A stretch of 61,618 nt of DNA, the filler included, from Basidiobolus ranarum (taxonomy: Eukaryota), in the NCBI GenBank assembly GCA_040143965.1. It is 17 parts of 17 records of this genome, joined end to end, with 100 filler letters (N's around TTAATTAATTAA, not from the genome) between each part and the next. Parts side by side here need not be neighbours in the genome. Positions count along the whole stretch, not along the records: positions 50,857 to 54,377 come from JASJQH010009312.1; positions 54,478 to 57,998 come from JASJQH010009313.1; positions 58,099 to 61,618 come from JASJQH010009314.1; 14 more parts are not named here. One strand, given 5' to 3'. The notes under the pieces were generated by a model, which worked only from the letters and a program-made list of their open reading frames with translations, made no database searches and was not told the origin of the DNA. Positions 50,757 to 61,618 of this stretch are shown one piece after another; the stretch's first letter is position 1, and every line of letters starts with the position of its first letter. Both the position numbers and the translations under genes were made by a program.

Positions 50757-53700
50757 NNNNNNNNNNNNNNNNNNNNNNNNNNNNNNNNNNNNNNNNNNNN
50801 TTAATTAATTAANNNNNNNNNNNNNNNNNNNNNNNNNNNNNNNNNNNNNNNNNNNNAAGAGAAATCGGTGATTTGAAAGGAAGCCATGTATCCTGATTGA
50901 TCCACATCGATTCAGTTTAACATTTGATTTTCAATTGTCAGATCGCCCCACCCTATTTCGCAAATGATGACAGTGACAATCTTTCACTTGCCTTTTGTGA
51001 GCAAAGAAAATACTTGATATATTTTTATCGGTAATAGAACAGGTACTGGTGTTGCACAAACACAACGCGATTACAATACATAATACATACCTTTGTTACA
51101 ACCTTTCCAATTATGTATTCCGTGTTACCTGATAGGCGACAACGGCACGAATCGAGAAACATTCGATTCAAGGTAAATAACAACAGAGAAATCTGCTCTC
51201 TGCGAGTAGCATTAAATGATGGGTTTAGTTGAACTTACGGTATAAACACTATCCTGCATTTATATCACTATGAAAATGATGTCTGATATAAGGCGGAATA
51301 TCTATTTCTCAAATTTGAATGGAGAAAGCTGTGTATGCGATAACTGGTCTTTCATATAAGTAAATGACGCAATATGAATACAAATACTGTTAGCGCTAAT
51401 TAGATCTAACCTGGGGAATTAATACCCCAGAGAGTTCCAATGGTCTTCTTTGTAAATAGTGCAGTGTCTAATAGTAGATGGCACCTAGATATGTGTGCAA
51501 TTTTTGGGTTATTCAATGGTATTCAAGCACAAATACTCTGATAAAAAATCTCTAAAAGAGTTATTCACATGGATTAATGCATCTTTCTTATGATGTAAAT
51601 CTCAAGCAATGAATGTTTACTTCTCTTTCAGTAATCACTCAAGTAACAATTCAAAACTCTGGTAAGTGAGCACTAAATGTTACTGTTACTATGAACTTTC
51701 CATCCAGTCGTGGTGATCCAAAAGTCCACCGAGTTGTAGATTGTTTTCTGAAACTTCATTCAAAGGTTGAATTATTTGCATTCAAATACTTGCGATTATC
51801 ATCATAAGGGAACGATAACATAATGATGTAACTTACTATCACTTTATTGACTTCCTGTGGTTAGTTCGCACTGGTAATTTCTTTGAACCTACAATGAATA
51901 CTATGGCGGGTATAAGAAATATGTTGTTTCTCAGCATTATCAGGATTCGATTTATTAAAATTGCGATATCTATTTATGAGGTGGTAGTTTAATGAGAATG
52001 CAGATATTGTAACTTAACTTAAAACTGTTAGCTATTTATCTTTGCTCTTTTAATAGGGGGAGTCTGAAGTACCTATAGGGTAACCATATCAGATGAGGAC
52101 AATAGGATTGAATGTTCGTTTTTTCACATGCTGCCATCAAGTCGTAATTTTCACCAGAGTGGAAGTTAAATTAACACAAAATATTACCATTGCGCCAATT
52201 CATATTTAAATTCGTTCATACCAAGAACCTTGCCGGCTTTTAAGTCAGTCTTCTTCATTGGTAGTGCAGTAATGCCATGCTTACCATCTTTATCTGAGTT
52301 TGAGTTAAAAGCGGTAGGATCAGAATTGGGATTAATACTAACCCCTTTATTGTTAAATGGTAATTGCTCTTTGGGAGGAGGGCACTTAGTGCCCTTATAT
52401 AGCGCTAGAAGAGTTTTAACCTATGTATCTTTTTTTTGATCTCAAGGCCTATTAGTATTGGTACATTCCCGCTGAAATATGTGCCACGATAAATAGAGTG
52501 AACTTGGCCAACCTTCTGGATTGCCTTGATGAGTCTGTCAGTGCCTCCGAATTGATTGATAAGCCAGTCGATTATTTTCAACTTGTTATGCCTACTAACA
52601 ATATTGTAGGCAGTAACAAAATCTGGGCCCTTGTATTTCATGCCTCATTCGCGTGTAGTCAATATTTCACTTCATCTCCTTGAAATATCTATAAACTCTA
52701 TCTCTAACGAATAACAAAAATAATATCTATACCGTTGATGTCGTATTCTTTGATAATGATCTCATAAAATAAGCCAATAAAAGCAGCTTGCGTGAGTAGA
52801 ACACTAGTAATGCGTGTAAAGCTGGACCCTCTTACAGGACTTGGGTGAGAGATGTTTTTGTAGGAAAGCAAAGTAGGTTAAGTAGCGATATTCTTTCGTC
52901 TATATCCAGTCTGGCTAAACTCTGATTCATCCGGCAAAATTACAAGTCTCAGTGAACCTAAACTCTGAGTATGTATTGATCTCTAATCGAAATCTAGCGT
53001 ACTCTCTTTTCATGTATAAACGTCGAATATCCTATTAGAACAGTCAAACGTAACAAGATAATTTAATCTGGGCGCTGTTGGGGTAATACAACAACCTGAT
53101 TGAGAGAATATTGGATATTATGTAACAAGGTGCTATGAAACACCCTGATTAAGAGAACAATTAACATACTGATGGATCACAAAATTCGCTGTGCGGGCCA
53201 GACTTGCAAACAATGTTGACCACTGGCAAAAAGCAGCAATAAGCAAATGGGATCAAAATACTTCCAATATAAGTGATATTGCAATGAGTATTGAAATTAC
53301 CTTGATACTGACTAAAAGCATCTGATTTAGCTGGGTGACTAATGTTAGGTGAATACGTTCAGTGAGTAAAGAGAAATCTTCAATGAAAGAGGATGAAGGT
53401 TTGTAACATACTATATTGAAAGAATGACGAGCAGTAGTTTATAGAAAAGAATAAACAGATCGATTTAGTGGGAAATTCATGTGCTTACAAATTGTTGGTA
53501 ACTATTTAACATGTTTCAACAAGATATTTACGAAAAAGGTGGTCGAGAAAATAACTCGAAGAACATATTCGAATAATGGTAAGAAAGAAAGTGTGTAGAG
53601 TTTGAGTATATAGGAACTAGCTGCTGATAAAGTCAGTGCTGCCTAAAACCCTAGTTACTCCACACCAAAATGAAGCAGCATAAATGATGCATGCATCTAT

Positions 53701-54185
53701 CGTAGAAAATACCAGTTTTGAAATTCAAGCATACAAACCTCCTCACAATACCGGCATTTGTTTGTAACAGCCAAGAAAATCACATGTGACACTTGAATGT
53801 TGGCGGAATATCCAACCAATAAAAAGGTATAAATTTGATTTGGCTGGCCATATAAACATCTCTAAACCCCAGTTATCCACTTTGGTAACAATATAACCGA
53901 GTACATATGTCGTCAACAGTCAAAGTAAGAAGCCCTTATTTGTCAAATATATTTGTAGTTAATATGACAGAGGTAGTTTTCGTGTATCAAGGTTGATGGT
54001 AGCACGTAGCTAAATTATGGTGAAATTCCAGATATACTTTAATATGTCCAGCCTCAGACGGTACAAAGTTGCAACCCGTTCCAAAGCACATTCCATTGTA
54101 CTTAGGTCATATTGTAAAATGTATAAATATCAGATTTCAAAATCCAAAGCCCTTATTCCTGATATTCTCATCATCTTCACAACCG

Positions 54186-54377
54186 ATGTTTTCATATAGA
54201 AGCAAGTATCTTGTACTTGCAGTTTCTATAGTCGCTTGTCTGACTCTGACGCTGTGGATATTATTTCGTCATGCCAACCAAGCTACTGATTACATTGAAC
54301 AGCCTAATAATGAGAACCATTTGGAAGGCAAACCAGATGAGTTAATCTTTACATACCCTAACAGTAGTCACCCATTC
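54186..54377 (+). CDS. N-terminus of a type II membrane protein (Golgi-enzyme-like topology), truncated
   Basis: MFSYRSKY, then a hydrophobic LVLAVSIVACLTLTLWILF segment, then a polar stem. Cut by the contig end; function not identifiable. Confidence 0.55.
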
Positions 54378-54477
54378 NNNNNNNNNNNNNNNNNNNNNNN
54401 NNNNNNNNNNNNNNNNNNNNNTTAATTAATTAANNNNNNNNNNNNNNNNNNNNNNNNNNNNNNNNNNNNNNNNNNNN

Positions 54478-54979
54478 TTATTTTTCGGCCAGCAATTTCT
54501 CCGTCGTAAATTTTTCCGAGGGCAGACTCTCCAACATAATTTTTCATGCAAATTTTTTTTGTTGGAATGGTAACCAGTTTGATTAGATCGGGGTCTAATT
54601 TGTGTGCGTCTCCGATTTTTCTGGCAACATTGGATTTGTTAATTAATTTATTTAATCTTTCGGTTGGACTAACATCTTGATGAGTATTAACAGGGAGGCA
54701 AACAGCTTCTATGCATAATATCCACATTAGTTGATTCATCCTGTCCATTAATTCACGATATTTATTATCTGCATTAAATGCCAATACCAATCTGATTACT
54801 AACCCCGAATCGCACATTTTAGAAATAAAAAGTTCACAATCTTTTATCGTTAAACATAAATCTTGTACAACTTTTCTGTCTAATAATTTTTCGCGAATAT
54901 AATTTTTTCTTTCCATGGACGAAATTCCATTTTTCATACGTACAATAGTGTCCTTAAGTGCATTACACTTATTCTTGGT
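54478..54979 (-). CDS. MLKL-like four-helix-bundle plus protein kinase gene fragment; 5' end cut by an LTR, 3' end by the contig edge
   Basis: The frame is open from 54979 (TKNKCNALKDTIVR precedes the tracked Met). The helical region matches the MLKL N-terminal pattern and is followed by a kinase subdomain I-like VGESALGKIYDGEIAGRKI. Confidence 0.6.
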
Positions 54980-55293
54980 TCAATAATTAATCTTCATTCA
55001 ACATCATAGTTAACTTTAGTTATGATACATATATCAGAAACAGAAAGCAACATATCTATAGCCCCTATATTCCAAATAGGAATATCTCTATATCTATATA
55101 ACAAGTATGTCTTATTACCCCCACTTATCTATTATATCTTATTACACAAACCCCTGAATATCTCAAACAATTGATTTACTTCTCAACTATATAAGTCACC
55201 ATATACTCTTAAGAATAAAGTAACTAAAACACACTATCATAAGTTGCTTCTAATACTCAAAGTCTACCCCCATTATGTCAAGATCCTACAACA
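54977..55293. mobile_element. LTR (family C)
   Basis: Ends CAACA. The 5' part matches 14369-14476 and the 3' part matches about 22335-22470. No TSD. Confidence 0.75.
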
Positions 55294-57768
55294 GAAGAAA
55301 ACAATGCAAAACTATCTGATACCAAAGTTTTACTCCAGGTTAAAAAATAACAGAGTGTCTTTAACACAGTTTGTCTTAATGTTAAAGACAAATTGCTAAA
55401 GCTATGTTCAAGAGCCAAAACTGCCAAGAAGGTATGGAAAACCTTGGAAGACACCTACCAAACAAGTTCTGCTACCAACAAGATATTTCTAAGAAGACTA
55501 TTCATTGATTTAAAGATGAAGCCATGAGAAGACATTAAATCACTGATTAATACAGGCACTATTTTAGTGGAAGAAATGGAATGCATTGGAGTACCAACTA
55601 CTGATCAAGAATTCATAGTTACAGTTCTGAATAGCATGCCACACAAGTTTCAGAGTCTAGTAATGGCTGCAGAAGCAAGAACCGAAAATTTTACCTTGAA
55701 TTATGTGTTTGGCAGACTTCTGAATGAAGATTTGCACAAATTGGGATCCAACCAAAAGAATGAAGAAAATGCTGTAATAGGCTACATGAAACTGCCTATA
55801 AAGGTCAAAAGCAATTTAAGTAGAAAAGTAACACATTGTGTGATTACTGTAAAAGAACTGGCCATTTAAGCAAAGATTGCTTTACAAGAATTGCAAAAGA
55901 AGAAAAATGTACTGAATCTGAAAATGTGGTTATAACAGAAGATCACTTGTTCAAATTTGCTCTATCTATGACTATCAACAAGGATTCTCAGATGTGGCAT
56001 ATTGATTCTGGAGCTTCCCAACATTTCACAAATGAAAAAGTTGGTTTGTGAAATATGAAGAAATCCCAATTAGATAGGTTTTCATGGGAGATGACTGCAC
56101 ATTAGATGCTATTAGAATGGGAACAATTCAAGTCAATTTAACTGGAGCTTCTGAAGAGAAAGTATATACCTTTAAGGGTATACTACATGTTCCAGATATT
56201 GCCAAGAACTTAATATCTGTATGCAAGGCCACCTCAGAAAGGCCAAAATTCAATTTTGATAAGTCAGGATGCAACATCACCGATCAAAATGGGAAATATT
56301 TAGCTTCAGGAGAAAAGGATCAAAACTCATACAAACTTACATATAATCCAAGAGGTTAATGTGTAAATATAAGTTATTCCAATCAAGAAACTATTCAATT
56401 ATGGCATAAGAGATTTGGCCATATTGGATTTGATTATTTGTGCAAAAAGATCAAAAATTGCCTAATTTTTAGAATTCAAATTAACCCCCCCAACCAAAAT
56501 GGAAATTTGTGAGGGTTGTATATATGGAAAGTAAGCCAAGCAACCATTCAAGAGCTCTGGTTCAATCATATCTGTCAAAAAATTGGATCTAATTCTTTCA
56601 GATGTGCTTGGACCTATGCAAAATTTATCTTTAGGTCAAAAAAGATATTTAATCACATTTATTACTGATTATACAGGATACACTTGGGTTTACTTTATGG
56701 AAAGAAAAGAAGAAGCTTTCTCTATCATTAGAGATTTTAAAACACTTATGGAGACTGAAACAGGAACTAAAATTACAAAAGTTCGCACTGATAACAGTGG
56801 AGAATATCCTTCAACACTATTTAAGCACTTTTGCAAAGTTCATCGAATTAAGCAATAAACTATTGCTCCCTATTCACCTCAACAAAATGGAGTTGCTGAA
56901 AGAGCTAACAGGACTATAATAGAAATGGCAAGATCCATGATAAATGCACAAAATTTATCTCAGAACTTTTGGGTGGAATCTGTTGCCACAGCTGTATATC
57001 TGAAAAATAAGATATTTACTAGATGTCTGTCTTACTCTACACCATATCAAGCTTGGTTTGGAGTGAAACCTGATGTAAAACATTTGAGGATCTTTGGATG
57101 CATTGCTTATGTCAAAATTATGACCAAAAATGGGTCTAAACTTGATCCAAAAAGTAAGAAATGCATGTTTCTGGGTTATTGTACTCAAACTAAGGCCTAC
57201 AGAATCTATGATACCAAAATCTCCAAGTTAATCAAATCCAGGGATGTTTTGTTAAATGAAAATGAAAAATTTTCACCCAAAATGACCTCAGATGGTGATG
57301 AAAATCAATTTTCTCCCGATTCAAACATTCATATTCATACAAATGAAAACAATGAAGAAAGTAGCATTCCTGTGGACCCTTCAACCCAAATTTTGCCTAC
57401 TAAAGTGCCCAATACAATGCCAGAAGTTGTAGTACATTTATCCCAAACCAGGAGATCAAAACGGATCAGAAATAGCCCTGATTACTATATCAATGAGACC
57501 AAAAGTTGGGCCTATGCCTGCACAGATCAAACACATGAACCCCAGACTGTAAAAGAGGCTCTAAATGGCCCTCACACAAAATTTTGGAGATCTGCAATGG
57601 CTGATGATTTCCAGGCTTTGATTGATAATCAAACATGGATTATAACCAACTTACCTGATGATAGATGATCAATTGGCTGGTGTTTAAAGTTAAATACAGC
57701 TCTGATGAAATATAGAAAGCTACAAGGCTAGACTGGTAGTCAAAGGCTATTCCCAAGCACCAGGAATA
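55294..57768 (+). mobile_element. Ty1/copia gag-pol, inactivated by stops and frameshifts
   Basis: Zinc knuckle CDYCKRTGHLSKDC, protease WHIDSGASQH, GAG-pre-integrase LWHKRFGH, integrase SDVLGP..RTDNSGEY..PQQNGVAERANRT, RT start YKARLVVKG. Confidence 0.93.
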
Positions 57769-57998
57769 CCCTAACAGAAATTTGAGGATTGTTATCAATG
57801 GAAAACTGTCACAATTTTAATCCATTTGGGATTGACCATTTACTTACCGTCATAAAATTGTCAAGTCCGATTTGATTTTAATCAATATTTTCAGTTTCAG
57901 GAGTGAAATTTCAAGATCTCACAAAATAGTTGCAAATGATTGGCTAAAATCTCAGAGAACTATGGATCAACACATGTGTGAAAAACGTAACTCAAATT
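57769..57998 (+). mobile_element. CMC-like left end inserted into the copia RT
   Basis: Starts CCCTAACAGAAATTTGAGG exactly where the RT coding sequence stops. Matches 13110-13339. Confidence 0.78.
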
Positions 57999-60196
57999 NN
58001 NNNNNNNNNNNNNNNNNNNNNNNNNNNNNNNNNNNNNNNNNNTTAATTAATTAANNNNNNNNNNNNNNNNNNNNNNNNNNNNNNNNNNNNNNNNNNNNAC
58101 CCTCTCCCCACTTCCCTTTTCACTACCTTCTCACCGAGCTTATCCAAAGCCCGAATTTTCAATTCTAGAGCCTGAAAGAAAAGATACGAATATGAATAAA
58201 TCTACTTTCCTTCAGAGAGAAATCTACGTGATATAAAATACCTGACCTAACCCTCCTTCCCCAGGACAGCTGTTTATTCCCACGTGTGACTTAAGAGGAA
58301 CTAAAGATTTCTAGACATAAACGACCAACTGTTTGAGAACGATTCTTTGTTGGAATCAACTGTAAGGAAATGTCTCTATCTGTGAACTGCAGTGACTCTT
58401 AAAAGAAACCACTTTCTTAAGGGATAGTTGATCTCAAGAGCGTAACATCCCATTTCTCTGTTATAGAAGGCAAACCCTTGTGTCCTTCATTCTTGGACGA
58501 TTCTAATATATATTTGGTGAAAAGTGGGTTTAAACATTACAATATGAATAACCCTAAGGTTCTTCAAATACTTTGTGTTTTGATATTTGTTCATGATTTA
58601 GTATCCAACTGTAGCTGATGGCAGTCAGGACCTCAAATATTTGATGAACACGACAAAAGAGGGGATTTGCAACATTCAAGTGATGATTTATTCACATGAA
58701 CTCCTCCCGATTAATGAATTATATGATATCGCAAGAACGATAGAAGATAGCTTAGTTGTCTCAACTTGTTTATCGCTCTATACAGTGTTTAACCTTAGAT
58801 CGTTTCCATACTATATTACCATTACATAAAAACATACTCTAGAAAGAGACATATTTAGACACCTATCTTAACCAGAAACTATATTTTGCTGTAGCGTTTT
58901 GAAATTAGTTAATAGAAAAGTATATAAGAATATCAACTGGATATAATAAAGAGCTTTTTTATCTGCTATTGCGTTCTATGAGGCCTCTGATTAATGAATT
59001 TACAGAATTATGTAGCAGATGTAATTAAGCACAAATCTATACATCCTTGATTAAATTATAACTGAATTAAGAACCATGATTTCTATGATATGATGGGTTT
59101 GTTTATCTTAAAAACAAATCTAAGAATCCAATGAGAATTGAGCGTCCAGTTCAGTTGGATGTCTAAAACTATATTTTGAACTTTTCACCTTGTTAGCAAA
59201 TAGCTAGTCGCTCGTTATACACATGGTAAAGTTCACCATTGAATTGACCTCTTTATTGTTGCACTTTTTAACGAGAATTCCTTTCTGAAAAAGGATAGTC
59301 ACTTTACTTACCTCCACCATCGCTCCAGTAATTTCATAGATATCGTAGATGAAAAATGGCATAAGGACGAATTGCCTGCAGATGGTAATTACTTTGTGTT
59401 TTTTCTGTTCTTTCCATAATTAACTCTCTTTAAAATAGATATTTCCATACCGGAGAATCTGGAACCGCCTCACCTGGAGGATTTACCTGTAGATAAAGAT
59501 GCTGACAAAAAATGGAATGACTTGGAGCTTTCTTTACAAAGTGACACAGTATGATTTGGGCATTCTATTTTTGTTAGCCTCTGTATCTCCTAGGTTTTCA
59601 GTCATGGATTATCTTTCCTTCAAAGATCGACTTATGTATCTCCAAGCTATAATTGTCCGTGAATTATCACACAAGATAAATTCATGACCACTAGTGAGTT
59701 TGAAGCTGTTGAAAACTGCCTCTGAAAAAGCAGTATCTTAAGCTATATTCGTGGAACCCTAATTTCTATTTTTTTTTGAAATCACTATGTAACCCCTAAT
59801 TAGCATGTAGTGAAAGATGATTGTTTTCTAGCTAAATAAAATAACTAAAACAGTGCCCCTCTAGATTGTGAATAATCTTAAAATTGAATAATAAAAAACC
59901 ACGCATTCGATTTTTGACACTTCACCCAGATTGAGTTAACAATAGAGATCATTTCATTTCAAATATGCTTAGCTTGCCTAATTTGCTTTTACCAAATTTT
60001 CTAAAAACCTACTCAATATCTCCAATCAGTCATCGGAGGAGCTAGGAATTTTTTTCGCTAGTTTTTTTTTCTTCACTATCAGAGATTTTTTTTTCGCCTA
60101 CTAACACATCAAGGCTCGTTTTGTCGCTAAAGGCAGCCTTTGACTTCTCCGTACGGTGTTTATTTTCCCTTGCGCTTTTTGTAGTCTTGTTAAAAT

Positions 60197-61618
60197 ATGT
60201 TGGTCCTCCACGAAACCCCCGCTGGTTACGCCCTATTCAAGCTCTTGGATGACGGCAAGATCGAGAAACCAGATGATTTGCACAAGGAGTTCGAGACCGC
60301 CGAGAAGGCCAACCAAACGTGAGTATTTTTCGTGTCTTTTACTCTTACTTCACTTTAACTTACAGGATATATTTTCATATTAGCATCAAATTGAAGGCTT
60401 TCCAAAAGTTTGAGAACACCATCGAAGCCTTGTCCGCTGCCACTGCCATCGTCGAAGGCAAACTCGACAAAACCTTGAAGAAATTCTTGAGTGACGAAAT
60501 TAGTGAAAAAGAGATGAAGAAGGAGAGTTTGATCGTAGCCGACTCTAAGCTTGGTAAGTCTGATCCAGGTTGATATTGTTGGATTATTGGCGGTTTCTAA
60601 CCTTTTATTTTCAGGTGGTTCCATCTCCAAGAAGCTTGGCATCAAGGTTATGTCTGATTCTACTGTGAATGAGCTTTACCGTGGTATTCGTAGCCAGCTT
60701 TCTTCCCTTCTTACTGGTATTCCTCACTCTGATATGAACGCTATGGCTCTTGGTCTTTCCCACTCCCTTTCTCGTTATAAGCTTAAGTTCTCTCCCGATA
60801 AGGTGGATACTATGATTGTTCAAGCTATTGCTTTACTTGATGATTTGGACAAAGAGTTGAACACTTATGCTATGCGTGCCAAGGAATGGTATGGATGGCA
60901 TTTCCCTGAAATGGCCAAGATTATCGTTGATAACTTGGCTTTTGCCCGTGTCGTCAAGATCATGGGTTTCCGTACCAACTGCTCCAAGACTGATCTCTCC
61001 ACCATCCTCCCCGAGGAACTCGAGAAAGAACTCAAGGATGCCGCTGAAATCTCTATGGGTACCGAGATTTCCGATGAGGATATCAACAACATTACTCATT
61101 TATGCGAACAAGTTATCTCCATCACTGAATATCGTACTCAATTATATGAATACCTTAAGAATCGTATGGTTGCTATCGCTCCTAACTTGACTACCCTTGT
61201 TGGTGAACTTGTCGGTGCTCGCTTGATCGCTCATGCCGGTTCTCTCATGAACCTCGCCAAGCATCCTGCCTCTACTGTCCAGATCCTTGGTGCTGAAAAG
61301 GCTCTATTCAGAGCTCTTAAGACCAAGCATGACACTCCCAAGTACGGTTTGATCTATCACGCTTCCTTGATTGGCCAAGCTGGTCCCAAGATGAAGGGTA
61401 AGATTGCTCGTATGCTTGCTACCAAGGCTTCCATCTCTATCCGTGTCGATGCTCTCGGTGACAAGGATACTGCTGAAGTTGGTGTCGAAAACCGTGCTAA
61501 GGTTGAGGCTCGTCTTCGTCAATTGGAAGGTCGTTTCGCCGCCGGTGCTAGCAGAACCCCCAATAAGACTCCTAAGAGTCAGAAGAAGTTCGAATTCAAT
61601 GGTAACACCAGTGCTTAC
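60197..61618 (+). CDS. NOP58: Nucleolar protein 58 (box C/D snoRNP core); exons 60197-60318, 60384-60553, 60615->61618
   Basis: [15 protein letters not shown]...[53 protein letters not shown]...[34 protein letters not shown]. Two GT-AG introns. Confidence 0.97.

Noticed and set aside
52200-53320. Exon-like minus-strand fragments (MKYKGPDFVTAY...)
   Set aside because: Frames are interrupted and no family is recognisable. Possibly a pseudogene, but not supportable.
3551-58098. TTAATTAATTAA recurring about every 3.6 kb
   Set aside because: Assembly linker embedded in Ns, not biological. ORFs ending in X runs or LIN are artefacts of it.
7730-61618. Functional clustering of C/D snoRNAs with NOP58, or of the MLKL-like and Crinkler-like genes as a defence island
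   Set aside because: They lie on different contigs that were concatenated by length, so co-occurrence is accidental.

Overview
This window is not contiguous DNA. It is 17 unplaced contigs of about 3.5 kb, ordered by decreasing length (3550+ down to 3520 nt) and joined by 16 artificial 100-nt N/TTAATTAATTAA/N linkers, so neighbourhood across a linker carries no information. The source is an AT-rich, intron-rich fungus with short GT-AG introns. It is probably an early-diverging lineage; Basidiobolus/Zoopagomycota is plausible but is only an inference. Recognisable host genes, mostly partial: a Trk K+ transporter, a GLUT-like sugar porter, U2SURP/SR140, the malate synthase 3' end, PFS2/WDR33, NOP58, a secreted Gly/Asn-rich protein, and an intronless bacterial-looking GNAT. 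Roughly half of the sequence is decayed, nested, CpG-poor transposon DNA: Ty1/copia with a Ty5-type half-tRNA PBS, Ty3/gypsy, CMC/EnSpm-like elements with CCCTAACA ends, and Tc1. The most notable items are (1) a non-coding host gene whose four consecutive introns each carry a paralogous box C/D snoRNA (snR56/U25-like, 18S Gm1428 site) with a second rRNA-pairing element, (2) an LTR-truncated MLKL-like four-helix-bundle plus kinase gene, (3) a Crinkler-type NTPase plus nuclease gene next to a Tc1 relic, and (4) an LTR-like element packed with heat-shock and Yap1-type motifs.
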